From assembly GCA_035485715.1 (NCBI GenBank), contig DATHNT010000013.1:26448-90447 (forward strand): a stretch of DNA of 64,000 bases, in the 5' to 3' direction. Position 1 is the first letter of the stretch. The number at the start of each line of letters is the position of its first letter. The position numbers and the translations under genes are program-made. Source of the stretch: Solirubrobacteraceae bacterium. GTDB taxonomy: Bacteria; Actinomycetota; Thermoleophilia; Solirubrobacterales; Solirubrobacteraceae. Under the pieces are notes generated by a model that made no database searches, had not been told where the DNA came from, and worked only from the letters and a program-made list of their open reading frames with translations. Shown piece by piece: positions 42,579 through 52,614 of the stretch.

Positions 42579-44108
42579 TCAAATGTCTCTAAGCGAGTCC
42601 TCGGCGTATGCCTCAACGTCGCCGTGCCCGCGCCGGAAGGCCGTCACCCGCCTACGCCCGTCGAGCACGAGCGTGCGTGCCTGCTCGCGCTCGTTTGGCG
42701 CAAAGAAGCGCGTCAGCAGTAGCAGCACGGGGATCAGCAACAGCCACAGTACCCGCAGTACGAGTCCCGAAAGGCCAGTTGTTGGCAACAACAGCTCGCC
42801 TGAAACAGCCACACCCGCGAGGATTGCCGTCAGCCGGCCGAGGCGGCGCCAGTCGAAATCGACAGCAAACACATTACGAGTGAGCAGGTGCATGATCGCC
42901 ACCATCGCCACGTAGGCGCCGCAGAGAGCGATCCCCGCGCCGGCGAGGCCGAGACCGAGACCGGAGCTGGGTACGAGCACAAGCAGGAGCACCACGTTGA
43001 CCACCAGTCCGGCAGCCGCGGCCGGAATGTTGCGCTGCATCGCGCGCGCCCTGCCGGTGATCACGATCATCACCTGATAGAGCCCGTACAGCGTCCAGCC
43101 CAGCGCCAGCCACGGCAGCGCCGTGTGTGCTCCGAAGTATTCGGGATGAGCGAGCAACCGCACAAGCCAGCGGCCAAGCAAAGCCACGGCGGCGACGACC
43201 ACCCCCGTTGCCAATACGAAGTAGGTGGTAACGAGCGAGTACAGCTTCGAGGCCTCCATGTCGCTGTCGATCGAGTATGCAAGCGGTGGCCACGCATATT
43301 GGAAGCCGCGCACGAAAACGAATACGACTGTCGCGAGTTGGACCGCAATCGCGTATTCGCCGGCGGCTTCGTGACTGACGACGCGGAACAGGTACAGACG
43401 ATCGATTACCTGCAGCGCGTACACGCTCGCGTCGGCCGGCACCGTGGGTAGGCCGAACCCGAGCATCGCGCGCAGGTCGCCCAGGTGAACGCGTAGCGAG
43501 AAACGCTTACGCAGGATCCACCAAAGGCCGAGTACGACGAGCGCGCTGGCGCCGAAATTGCCGATCAACAGGCCACGCGCGCCCTGGCCTGCGAACACGA
43601 CCAGCGCGATCGTGAACGCCACCGTCATCGCCACGTTGGCGCCGGAGGCAAACATGTAAGCGCGTGCGCGCTCGTCCACTCGCAGCTGAGCGTAAGCCAT
43701 CTCGATGTTCGTGAAGGCCCACAGTCCGAGGATCGCGCAGTCCATCAACAGCGGGTCATCGAAGCCGAGCACAAGCCGTGACAGCGGCCCGGCAAGCGCC
43801 ACGCAGATCAGTGACACGACTGTCGTGGTCCAAGCGACTGTCGCGGTCGCCGTGCGCGCGATGCGCGTGCGGCGCTGCTCATCGGTGTCCGTGAAGTAAA
43901 AGCGCACAAACGCCTCCCCCACGCCAAGGCGCAGCACGATGCTCCCCAAGATCACCGTCGTCAGTAGAAGGTTGTATGCGCCGTAGGCTTTCGTCGACGC
44001 GTGCCCCGTGTAAAGCGGCAGCGTGATCACGGCAATGCCCTTGGCCACGATTTCCGCGGCCTGATAGGCCGCGCCCGTCGTAACCAGCCGCTTCAGGTAG
44101 CCAAACAC
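42579..44108 (-). CDS. Wzx-like oligosaccharide flippase (MATE/PST family)
   Basis: About 12-14 TM. GTG 44108 lies 7 nt after a TAGGTT -10. Confidence 0.85.
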   Translation of the reverse strand: MFGYLKRLVTTGAAYQAAEIVAKGIAVITLPLYTGHASTKAYGAYNLLLTTVILGSIVLRLGVGEAFVRFYFTDTDEQRRTRIARTATATVAWTTTVVSLICVALAGPLSRLVLGFDDPLLMDCAILGLWAFTNIEMAYAQLRVDERARAYMFASGANVAMTVAFTIALVVFAGQGARGLLIGNFGASALVVLGLWWILRKRFSLRVHLGDLRAMLGFGLPTVPADASVYALQVIDRLYLFRVVSHEAAGEYAIAVQLATVVFVFVRGFQYAWPPLAYSIDSDMEASKLYSLVTTYFVLATGVVVAAVALLGRWLVRLLAHPEYFGAHTALPWLALGWTLYGLYQVMIVITGRARAMQRNIPAAAAGLVVNVVLLLVLVPSSGLGLGLAGAGIALCGAYVAMVAIMHLLTRNVFAVDFDWRRLGRLTAILAGVAVSGELLLPTTGLSGLVLRVLWLLLIPVLLLLTRFFAPNEREQARTLVLDGRRRVTAFRRGHGDVEAYAEDSLRDI

Positions 44109-44205
44109 CAGCAAGAACCTAACGACCGCGTCGCCGTAGGACCTTCCCCGCTCTGCCTTTCACCGTTGCGAGGAGCAGTGACTCCCAGTCGGCTGTACCG
44201 GCGCC

Positions 44206-45591
44206 TCACTTCTGCGAGGCAGCCAGGGACGCGGAGCGAGCTTCGCGTCCGCGAGCACAGTAGGCGCTGTTGAGACTCCCATTGCGCGCTACCGCAAACG
44301 CCACCCCGAGCCCGAGCAGCGTCCACGTCAACGGATCCTCCAGAAAGTCCGCATACACCCAGGTGTGCAGCACAAGCGCGGCAAAGCAGGCAGCGATGGC
44401 GATACGCGGAGGAGAGCGGCCCGCGCCACGAAACAGCGTCGCCAGCGCTGTGATAATCAGCGCCACATACAGCGCGAAGCCGACGATCCCCTGCTCGGCG
44501 GCGATCGTCACAGGAATCGTGTGCGAGGCCGAGACGGCATTTGCGGCCGTGCCGCCTTCGTGGCTGCGGTACTCGGTTTCAAATGAGCCTGAGCCATACC
44601 CGCCGAGCGGGCGATCGACAAAAAGTTCCAGACCGCCCGTGATCAGTTTTGCGCGGCCGCTTGTCGCATTGTTGGCCGAGCCGCTGGACCCCTTCAAGCC
44701 AAAGTGCAGACTTGAAGGCGCCACCAGTACGAACACCACCGCTATGGCCGCCAGCGCAACGGACACATAGATCGTGCCGCGCACATCCCAGCGCCAGGCC
44801 GCCAGGATCGCAAGCCCAAGTAGCAGCGCCGCGATACTCGACTGCGAGAAACTGGTCACGAGCCCAGCAAGCAGCCAAGCCAGGATCGCCGCGCCCCACA
44901 GTTGCGTGCGTTTTTCGCGACTCCAAAGCACGACGGTCGTCACGGCGATCATCACGAGCGCCAGGAAGCGACCGTAAATGCTGGGATCGAAGAACAGCGA
45001 GTTGACCCTGAAATAGTTGTCGTACTCGTTCGCAGCCACCACTTTCGGGTTCAGGAATAGGGCTTTGCGGTAGTACTCGATGAAGCCGACACCGGCGAAC
45101 AGGACGGCCAGTCCCACCGCCGCAGCCAGGCACGTGAGCAACAGTCCTCGCGTCCACGGCGCCTCGCGCAACAGTATGTAGAGCAGCCCGAACGGGATAT
45201 AGAAGAACAAAAGGTTCTCAGCTCCCTTGCCCGGGTCCGAGGAGTAGGCGATCTGCAGTGTGTAGAGACCCACGGAGGCAAGCAGCAGCCAGTCGAGCAG
45301 CATCGGCGGCCGGGCGGGCGGGGCCGAATCATGGCCGCCGGGGCGACCCAACAAGCGCGGCAACAGATGCGCGAGTACACCGGCAGCCACAACCGCATAC
45401 AAGGGCAGCAGCAGATTCACGGTTCGGCCGTCGGCCGCGATCGGCAGCCTGAACGGCAGAGTGATCACAGCCAGCAGCGGGAAAGCCCGCGGATCGCGGC
45501 GCATTACGAGTACCAAGCCGGCGATCACGATCAACGCAGCGAGCACGGCGGCCGCGAGCACAGGCGCACTTGGCAAGGTCGTGGCGATCAT
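44206..45591 (-). CDS. O-antigen ligase/polymerase (Wzy_C) family membrane protein
   Basis: Polytopic; RVNSLFFDPSIYG, TSFSQS, GYGSGSF, SHTIPVTIAAEQGIVG. Confidence 0.85.
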   Translation of the reverse strand: MIATTLPSAPVLAAAVLAALIVIAGLVLVMRRDPRAFPLLAVITLPFRLPIAADGRTVNLLLPLYAVVAAGVLAHLLPRLLGRPGGHDSAPPARPPMLLDWLLLASVGLYTLQIAYSSDPGKGAENLLFFYIPFGLLYILLREAPWTRGLLLTCLAAAVGLAVLFAGVGFIEYYRKALFLNPKVVAANEYDNYFRVNSLFFDPSIYGRFLALVMIAVTTVVLWSREKRTQLWGAAILAWLLAGLVTSFSQSSIAALLLGLAILAAWRWDVRGTIYVSVALAAIAVVFVLVAPSSLHFGLKGSSGSANNATSGRAKLITGGLELFVDRPLGGYGSGSFETEYRSHEGGTAANAVSASHTIPVTIAAEQGIVGFALYVALIITALATLFRGAGRSPPRIAIAACFAALVLHTWVYADFLEDPLTWTLLGLGVAFAVARNGSLNSAYCARGREARSASLAASQK

Positions 45592-46151
45592 GGTCCAACC
45601 AGCTTGAAGGTGTGCGGGAACGGCACCGAGCGGTCTTCTTGGTGCAGCTCCACACGCACGCTGTATTCGCCGGGCGGGGCGAGTGCCCCATGGTTGTGGG
45701 GCACCAGCGTCGTGTACCCATCGGCCTTGCGCAACACCGAATAGCCGTGTGCCGTTCCCTCACGACCATTCCAGCGCAACGACAGCGTTTTGTAGCGTCC
45801 CACCGGCAGGTCCCGCACCAGGGTGGCCACCATTTCATCAGAAGAATTTTCGACGACCACAGTCACCCGATCGGCTTTCGCGAGCTTGAAAGCGATGTGC
45901 TCTTCTCGCGATTCGCCGCCGGAGGCCGGCGCGATCACATGGGTCAGCTTCGCTTCCTGAACAAGCGTCGGGGTGTGCTTGAGCCTCTGCGTGATCAGCA
46001 GGGCCCCAAAGCAGCCAACCACGAGCAGCGTAAACACGATCCGTGCCAAGCGCTCGCCTGAGCCGCCGTCGGCCCTCCGACCTCGCGCCCCGGCCTGTGC
46101 CCCGCCTCCATCGACGGGCATCTGAGCGCCGCCGGCCCGTGCGCCGCTCAA
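45588..46151 (-). CDS. Membrane-anchored small Ig-like (FlgD_ig-like) protein
   Basis: One TM, then VTVVV..VATLVRD..SLRWNGR..PPGEYSVRV; overlaps both neighbours. Confidence 0.6.
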   Translation of the reverse strand: MSGARAGGAQMPVDGGGAQAGARGRRADGGSGERLARIVFTLLVVGCFGALLITQRLKHTPTLVQEAKLTHVIAPASGGESREEHIAFKLAKADRVTVVVENSSDEMVATLVRDLPVGRYKTLSLRWNGREGTAHGYSVLRKADGYTTLVPHNHGALAPPGEYSVRVELHQEDRSVPFPHTFKLVGP

Positions 46152-46948
46152 GCGCCGCCGTCCCGAGCGAAGCGCTCGACCGTGTCAGAACGCAGTCCCA
46201 AGCGCAGCGTCTCCAGCGAGAGCACGTCCTCGGGTGCGATGTTGCCGAGGTTGCACTCGCTTCCGAAGCGGTGCAACAGCCACACCTGCTGTTCGCGTTG
46301 CGGCGCCTCGAATATCAAGCGATCGGCGTCGATCGCATGAACGATCTCGTCGATCAGCCCGGTGCGCACCTCGCCGTCGGCACGGTAGATGCCCGCCGTG
46401 CCCGACTCACGCGCCTCGGCGATCACCTTCCAAGCGCCGGCCTCCAGGTCGCGTTCGATCTGCTCCACCCACACATAGGGAGCCATGATGAAGTCTGCGT
46501 CCTTGCTGCCCACCTCCGAGAGCACCGTGAATTCGCCTGCAAGCGTGCGAATCAGATGGGCCTTGACCTCGGGCTCGAGCGAAATCGTCCCGTCGGAGAT
46601 CTCGACGTGGCGCAGGCCCAGCTCGTGCAGCCAGGCGATCAGGCCCTCGACCCGCCCTTGCTTGATCGCGACCTCCGTGAGCGTGCCGCCGAGTACCACG
46701 GGTATCCCGTGCGACGCGTAGCGCTCGAGCTTGGGCTTCAAGTTCGCTGTCACGAGCGCCGTGCCCCAGCCGAGCTTGACGATGTCCACGCTATCGCCGA
46801 CCGTCTCGATCAGGCCGTCGACCTCGGCCACCGACAGGCCGCGATCGATCACATGTGTGATGCCGCGCTCGCGCGGCTTGGGTGAGCGCGCCGGCACATC
46901 CAGGAAACCGGCTATCGCGCGATCTGGCTCCACTTGCGGGGCGCTCAC
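46148..46948 (-). CDS. comA: Phosphosulfolactate synthase (ComA family)
   Basis: KPRERGITHVIDRG, DIVKLGWGT, VEISDGTI, SEVGSKD, VIAEARESG, IFEAP, QQVW, NLGNI. Confidence 0.93.
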   Translation of the reverse strand: MSAPQVEPDRAIAGFLDVPARSPKPRERGITHVIDRGLSVAEVDGLIETVGDSVDIVKLGWGTALVTANLKPKLERYASHGIPVVLGGTLTEVAIKQGRVEGLIAWLHELGLRHVEISDGTISLEPEVKAHLIRTLAGEFTVLSEVGSKDADFIMAPYVWVEQIERDLEAGAWKVIAEARESGTAGIYRADGEVRTGLIDEIVHAIDADRLIFEAPQREQQVWLLHRFGSECNLGNIAPEDVLSLETLRLGLRSDTVERFARDGGA

Positions 46949-48627
46949 TGACCGCTGCCGGCGGCGCCTTCCGCGGCACCTCCGGCGCCGGTGCCTTCGC
47001 CAGAGCCTGTTTCACCGCTAGCCCCTGAGGCCGGTTCGCCAGTGCCCTGGGCGCCGCCGCCGCCGAGCTGCGCGGCCTGATCGGCGCCAGCGACCACGAC
47101 CACCGTCGCGTGACCGGCCAGCGACGCGGTGCTCCCTTCCATCGGCTGTACCCGAGTCACGTCGAGCGCTTTCGCGACAGCCTGCCCATCGGCGCGATGG
47201 CCTGTCGTGTATTGGACGACCGTAGTGGCATGCGTACCGGGCGGCACCGCCGAGGAGGCTTCCGCATGCTTATACCCGCTCTGCTGCAGGTCGTCTGCCA
47301 GATGGTGGGCGAGACCGTTGGTGCTCGTCCCGTTCACAACCGCGACGTTGAGTTCGCTCGGATTGGATGCAGGCGCAGGCGTCCTCGTGTGCGTAACCGT
47401 GGAAGGCGTGGAGGGCTGAGTAGCCGTCGGGTTCGGTTTGCTCCCGCCTTTCAGAGCCGACACCGCCAACACGATCACCGCCACACCGAGAACCACACCG
47501 CCCAAGATCAGCAAGGTCGTGCGGCCGGACGAGCGCTCCTGCTTGAAGTACTTCGGGCCCGAGCCGACCGGGGCGCCGGGCATCCGCGCAGCGCCGGCTC
47601 CCGAAACAGCGTCCCCCTCGCGCGCACGCGGAGAGGCCGGCTTGCGTGCACCGGGCTCTGCCCCCTTGGATCCTGCCGGAGCGGGTGGGCTCGCAACCGC
47701 GCGCGAGGCCACCGGCCGCGACGCCGCCACAGGTACGGGCGGGCGTGACGCCGCGGGTTGAGCTGTCTGTGCGGAGGAGGAGGCAGAGGCAGGCGGCACA
47801 GCCGCGGCTGCACCCGCCACAGTCGACGCCGGCACGCCAGGCGGCATCGGTGCGGAGGGAGACGGCGGCAAGGGTGAGCGTGGGGGCGGAACGCCAGCAC
47901 GTGCGGCCGCCGTCGCGGGCGCTGCAGCGGACTGCTCATCAGCCTGCGGCGGCACGGCAGCAGACTGATCCCGATCGGCTGCTGGGACCGTCTTGGGAGA
48001 TCCGGCACCATTTGCAGCAGATTGCTCGACGCCGGGCATCGGCACCCCTGCCACGGAGGAAGCAGCCGGAGACGCATCGGGTTGCGAAGGACTGGGTTGG
48101 GCGGCGCCGGCCGTCGCCTCATCCGCTTGGACCGCGCTTGGTTGGGCAGCGCCGTCAGTGCCAGGATCGGCTTGAGTGGGACCTGTCGCGGCTGGGGTGT
48201 CCTGGCTGGCCGCGACGGGACCTGCGACCGCCGGCTTGGCGGGATCGGCCGCGGCGGGATCGGGCTGGGCGCCGATCTTCCCCGCTGCCACCGTGGCGTT
48301 CACGGCCGTGGACACCGGAGCACTGACAAGTGGCGTCTTGCGCGGCACCACACGGGCCCCGGCGGCCCCAACAGCCGCGGCGGCCGGCGCTCCCGCGCGC
48401 TGTATGCGAGCGGCCGCCTCGGTGCTGACGCGCTGCTCCATCTCGGCGGCACGCTCGGGCGCGCGCCCTGCCCACTCGCGCAGGCGCTTGATCTCGCGCG
48501 CCTGGGCGAACGCCAGCAGCGACAGCAGTGCGATCCCCAACAGCGCGGCGAAGCCGGCGATCGCGCCCACCTTGGTGAAGGTGCTCGTCAGCGACAGTGC
48601 AAGCGGCAGCGCGTTCACTGCGTACAC
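46945..48627 (-). CDS. LytR C-terminal domain protein with two TM helices and long Pro/Ala-rich linker
   Basis: C-terminal VAVVNGTSTNGLA...TTVVQY...VVVVAGAD is LytR_C-like; no LCP catalytic domain visible. Confidence 0.8.
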   Translation of the reverse strand: MYAVNALPLALSLTSTFTKVGAIAGFAALLGIALLSLLAFAQAREIKRLREWAGRAPERAAEMEQRVSTEAAARIQRAGAPAAAAVGAAGARVVPRKTPLVSAPVSTAVNATVAAGKIGAQPDPAAADPAKPAVAGPVAASQDTPAATGPTQADPGTDGAAQPSAVQADEATAGAAQPSPSQPDASPAASSVAGVPMPGVEQSAANGAGSPKTVPAADRDQSAAVPPQADEQSAAAPATAAARAGVPPPRSPLPPSPSAPMPPGVPASTVAGAAAAVPPASASSSAQTAQPAASRPPVPVAASRPVASRAVASPPAPAGSKGAEPGARKPASPRAREGDAVSGAGAARMPGAPVGSGPKYFKQERSSGRTTLLILGGVVLGVAVIVLAVSALKGGSKPNPTATQPSTPSTVTHTRTPAPASNPSELNVAVVNGTSTNGLAHHLADDLQQSGYKHAEASSAVPPGTHATTVVQYTTGHRADGQAVAKALDVTRVQPMEGSTASLAGHATVVVVAGADQAAQLGGGGAQGTGEPASGASGETGSGEGTGAGGAAEGAAGSGQ

Positions 48628-48643
48628 ACGTTTCGAGGGGAAC

Positions 48644-50710
48644 TCATGACTCCCGGGAGTCTATGAGGGGCGCAGGCGCCTGAGCGCCGTGTCCCGAGCC
48701 GGGCTGCCCGCCCTGAGCGCTGTGTCCGGATACGTCCGACAGCTCGGCGCGCACGGTCGACAACTCCGCCACCTTTGCGGCAAGCCGGGCGGCGTCGCCC
48801 TCGAACACCAACAGCCTTATCTCGTCGAACATCGCTTCCACCGTCTCGGGCGAGAGCGGCTCGCGCCCGGCGAGCATGATCTTCTCGGCCTTGGTGGGAC
48901 GCGGCTGCTCGTAGCGGTTGAACAACTCCTCGTGCAGCTTCTCGCCAGCGCGCCGCCCGACGATCTCGACGGCCACGTCGCGATCGGGGTCCAGGCCCGA
49001 GAGCTCGATCATCGCGCGCGCCAGATCCACGATCCGCACGGGATCGCCCATATCCAGCACGAACACATCCGCACCGCGGTCGCCGTCGGAGACGAGCGAG
49101 CCCGAGCGGATGATCAGCTGCACAGCCTCGGGAATCGTCATGAAATAGCGGGTCATACGCTCGTCGGTGACGGTGACCGGGCCACCGCGCTCGATCTGGC
49201 GGCGGAAGATCGGCACGACGCTGCCTGAGGAGCCGAGCACGTTGCCAAAGCGCACGGCCGCGTAGCGAGTGCCGGCAAAGCGGGCGGTGGCGGCCTCCAG
49301 CGCGAACTCCGCCAGAGCCTTGGAGGCGCCCATCACCGTCGCCGGTGCGACGGCCTTGTCGGTGGACACCAGCACGAAGCGGCCGACTCCCATTTCCCCG
49401 GCGACGTGGGCCACCACACGTGTGGCTATTGCGTTGTTGCGCACCGCCTCGACAGGGTTGGACTCCATCAGGCCCACGTGCTTGTAGGCGGCGGCGTGGA
49501 ACACGACTGTGGGACGGTGCTCGGCGAATATCTCGCGCATGCGCTCGTCCTCCTTGCAGTCGGCCAGTACCGCAGCCAAGACCGAAGACTGCACGTGACG
49601 CTCGTCCTGCAGCTCGCGCTGAATCTGAAAGAGGTTGTCCTCGGCATGGTCGAGCAGCACGATCCGCCGCGGCCCGACGCGCGCGATCTGGCGGCACAGC
49701 TCCGAGCCGATCGAGCCGCCGGCCCCAGTCACGAGCACAGTCTCCCCGGCCAGATAGGCACCAACGCGATCGAGCTCCATCAAGACGGGCTCCCGCCCGA
49801 GCACGTCCTCGACACGCACCTCACGCACCTGGCGCGAGATCCCAGTGGGCGAGGATTGGTCCTGCAGGAGCTCGAAGACGGTCGGCAGCGTGCGCACCGC
49901 GATCGAGCGCTTGCGACATTCGCGCACTACGCGCGCACGTGTCGAGCCAGGAGCGGAGGGGATCGCGATGATCACTTCGTCGGGCTCGGACTCCTCGAGG
50001 ATGCGCGGCAGATCGCCCTCGGTATCCCCGCGCACCCGCACGCCGTCGATACGCAGGCCGTGCTTGCGCGCGTCGTCGTCGAGGAAGCCGACGGGCTGCA
50101 ACCCGAGCTCGCGATTGCGCAGGATCTCGCGCAACACAAGACGCCCGCCGTCGCCCGCTCCGACGATCAAGACGTTGCGCTCGCTACGCCCCCCGGCACG
50201 AAAGGCCCCCAGGGGGCGTCGCTCGTACAGGCTGCGCGCGATCACACGCACCCCGATCAGGAGCAGCAGCGAGAGCAGGAAGAAGAGGACGATCACGCCG
50301 TCGGGCAACTCGACGGCGGTAGTACCACTGGTCGAGCTGGACCGATCCGCGGTTGTGGCGCCGCGGGCGATCAGGTGGGGGATCTGGACAGGGCGCACGA
50401 CGGCTACTGCCACCACGGTGAGCAACACGATCGCGAGCACCGCGCGCGCTACGGCCTCGTAGTCGCGCTGGCCCGAGTATCGCCAGCGGCGCTGGTAGAC
50501 CCGCGAGAGCAACAGCACTACGAGGCTGCCGGCAAGCACCCACCAGACCGTCCGTTCAAACAGCTTCTCGTAGCGACCTTGCGGCCCATTGTCGAAGCGC
50601 AACTCCCACGCCAGCCAGTAGGCGAGCGCGACGAGCGCGCCGTCGAGCGCGAGCCTCGGTAGCGAGTGCCGGGTCAGGGACAGGGCCGGCGCACTGATCC
50701 GTCGGCGCAT
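48644..50710 (-). CDS. Nucleoside-diphosphate-sugar epimerase/dehydratase (PglF/CapD/WbpM family)
   Basis: 4 TM; LIVGAGDGG; VLVTGAGGSIGSELCRQ, HAAAYKHV, STDKAV, RFGNVLGSSGSVVP, MTRYFMTIPEA. Confidence 0.94.
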   Translation of the reverse strand: MRRRISAPALSLTRHSLPRLALDGALVALAYWLAWELRFDNGPQGRYEKLFERTVWWVLAGSLVVLLLSRVYQRRWRYSGQRDYEAVARAVLAIVLLTVVAVAVVRPVQIPHLIARGATTADRSSSTSGTTAVELPDGVIVLFFLLSLLLLIGVRVIARSLYERRPLGAFRAGGRSERNVLIVGAGDGGRLVLREILRNRELGLQPVGFLDDDARKHGLRIDGVRVRGDTEGDLPRILEESEPDEVIIAIPSAPGSTRARVVRECRKRSIAVRTLPTVFELLQDQSSPTGISRQVREVRVEDVLGREPVLMELDRVGAYLAGETVLVTGAGGSIGSELCRQIARVGPRRIVLLDHAEDNLFQIQRELQDERHVQSSVLAAVLADCKEDERMREIFAEHRPTVVFHAAAYKHVGLMESNPVEAVRNNAIATRVVAHVAGEMGVGRFVLVSTDKAVAPATVMGASKALAEFALEAATARFAGTRYAAVRFGNVLGSSGSVVPIFRRQIERGGPVTVTDERMTRYFMTIPEAVQLIIRSGSLVSDGDRGADVFVLDMGDPVRIVDLARAMIELSGLDPDRDVAVEIVGRRAGEKLHEELFNRYEQPRPTKAEKIMLAGREPLSPETVEAMFDEIRLLVFEGDAARLAAKVAELSTVRAELSDVSGHSAQGGQPGSGHGAQAPAPLIDSRES

Positions 50711-50731
50711 TGGCCTTGATTCTAGGGCTTG

Positions 50732-51811
50732 TCAGGGCGAAAGTGGCGAGAGCAGCAACTCCACCAGCCGCCGGGGATCGCGGCGGACGCGATTTGCGAC
50801 ATTCGCAGGGTCGCGCTTGGCCAGATGGAGTCGCTCCGCGCCACCGAGCTTGAGCAGACGACCTTCGCCGATCAGGCGCTCATCGACCGCCCCGAGGCGT
50901 CCCTCGAAGGTGGTGTAGACGGGCGTGCCGAGCGCCACCGCCTCGCGGTTCATCGTGCCCCCAGCCGAGATCACCAGATCGGCAAAAGCGATCAAAGACT
51001 GGGCGTCGATGGCCTGCTCGGGCACAGTGAAGCCCTCGACGCCGCGCAGCTGCGCACGCTGGTCCGCGGTTCTGGGCAGCACGACGGACTGCACCCCCTG
51101 TTCTCGCGCAGCCTCGCGCAGATGCGCGAGCACGTCGGCAAACAGGTCGTTTTCGAAGCGGTGGTAAAGCGATACCTCGGGAGGGGTCCTGACCACCACA
51201 AGTGGCCTCCCGCGGTCGATCGCAAGCTCGCCGAGCACCGCCTCGTCAGGCTCGAAGTCGGCGAGGTAGTACTCCTCCTTGAGCCCCTCGTAGGCGTGGA
51301 TCTTGCCCTTCGCGCCGTAGCGGTCCAAACGCTCGGGCGGGATCGCGTCGGGCACGACCACCGCCTGCGCAAGGCGACAGTTGACGTGATGCTGAACCGC
51401 CGCCCACTCGTAATCGAACGTCGTCGAGCAGGGAATCCGTAGCAGCCGAGCCGCGACGCTGATGTCGTTCGAGCCGTGGCCCAGCGCGATGTCGAAGCGC
51501 CCGACGGCGCGAGCGCCGCCCGTAACCGTGCCAGCCGGGCGAGCCGCCGCCGAGCCCCGCGACTCTCCACGCGCCCAGCGCACGAGCGCCGCCGAGCGGC
51601 TGGCGAGCCCCACCGCCTTGTCCGCAAGGCGCTCGCCCCTGTGATGCCCAATCGCCGTGTGGTCGATCGCAAAGCGGTCAAGCAACTGCAAGGTCTGGGC
51701 GAAGTCACGCGCGGTCACTCGCACTTCGTGGCCATCGGCGCGCAGCAGCTCGATGACGGGGCGCATGACAAGCACGTGCGGGCTGTTGGTGAGGTCGATC
51801 CATACACGCAT
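50732..51811 (-). CDS. DUF354 domain protein (GT-B-like)
   Basis: MRVWIDLTNSPHV, TARDFAQT, GLKEEYYLADFEPD, SAGGTMNREAVALGTP. Confidence 0.85.
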   Translation of the reverse strand: MRVWIDLTNSPHVLVMRPVIELLRADGHEVRVTARDFAQTLQLLDRFAIDHTAIGHHRGERLADKAVGLASRSAALVRWARGESRGSAAARPAGTVTGGARAVGRFDIALGHGSNDISVAARLLRIPCSTTFDYEWAAVQHHVNCRLAQAVVVPDAIPPERLDRYGAKGKIHAYEGLKEEYYLADFEPDEAVLGELAIDRGRPLVVVRTPPEVSLYHRFENDLFADVLAHLREAAREQGVQSVVLPRTADQRAQLRGVEGFTVPEQAIDAQSLIAFADLVISAGGTMNREAVALGTPVYTTFEGRLGAVDERLIGEGRLLKLGGAERLHLAKRDPANVANRVRRDPRRLVELLLSPLSP

Positions 51812-51921
51812 CGCAGGAGCACGCTAGCGCCCGTAAGGGCGGGCGGGCTCTCTGCCGGCGCCAGGGCTGTGCTGCGCTGTGCGGTGGCGGACACACAAAC
51901 GACAGGTATCGTTGCGGGCAC

Positions 51922-52614
51922 ATGGCCCACGTGCTCGTCCTTGCCTCGATCTCAGAATCGTTGGTCAACTCGATCTCGCACTTCGTGCGCGACGCCGGGC
52001 TGCCGGGGATCTTCGCCTTGATGGCGATCTCGAGCGCCTGCATCCCGATCCCCTCCGAGGTGGTGATGCTGTTCGCCGGCTTTGCCGTCGCGGACCCCAC
52101 ACAAAGCGCGGCGCAGCACCACATGACGATGACCGGCGTCGTGCTGGCGGGACTGCTTGGCACGATGGTCGGCTCGTGGATCGCCTACGGCGTCGGGCGC
52201 GCAGGGCGCCTGGAGCTGCTCGAACGCCATGGCGCCAAGCTGCACATGGGGCCCGCTCAGATACAGCGGGCAGATCGCTTCTTCCAGCGCTACGGCGAGC
52301 AGACGGTGCTGTTCGGGCGCATGGTCCCGCTCGTGCGCGCCTTCGTGTCGCTCCCTGCGGGCGTCGCGCGCATGCCACTCGGGCGCTTCACGCTGTTCTC
52401 GCTGCTCGGCACGATCCCTTGGGTGCTGGCGCTGGCATTCGCAGGTCACGCGCTCGGCAGCGACTGGACCACCGTGCGCAAAGGCTTTGAGTACCTCGAC
52501 TACGCGATCGTCCTGCTGATCGTCGCGGGCATCGTCTATGCGGTCGTGCGCCGCCGCTCGCGAGGGTCGGCCTCAGTGGCCGAGGAGAGCGAGCCGGCGG
52601 CCGACGTCAGTTGA
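51922..52614 (+). CDS. dedA: DedA-family membrane protein
   Basis: IPIPSEVVMLFAGF, YGVGR, FFQRYG, GRMVPLVRAFVSLPAG. Confidence 0.92.
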   Translation: MAHVLVLASISESLVNSISHFVRDAGLPGIFALMAISSACIPIPSEVVMLFAGFAVADPTQSAAQHHMTMTGVVLAGLLGTMVGSWIAYGVGRAGRLELLERHGAKLHMGPAQIQRADRFFQRYGEQTVLFGRMVPLVRAFVSLPAGVARMPLGRFTLFSLLGTIPWVLALAFAGHALGSDWTTVRKGFEYLDYAIVLLIVAGIVYAVVRRRSRGSASVAEESEPAADVS

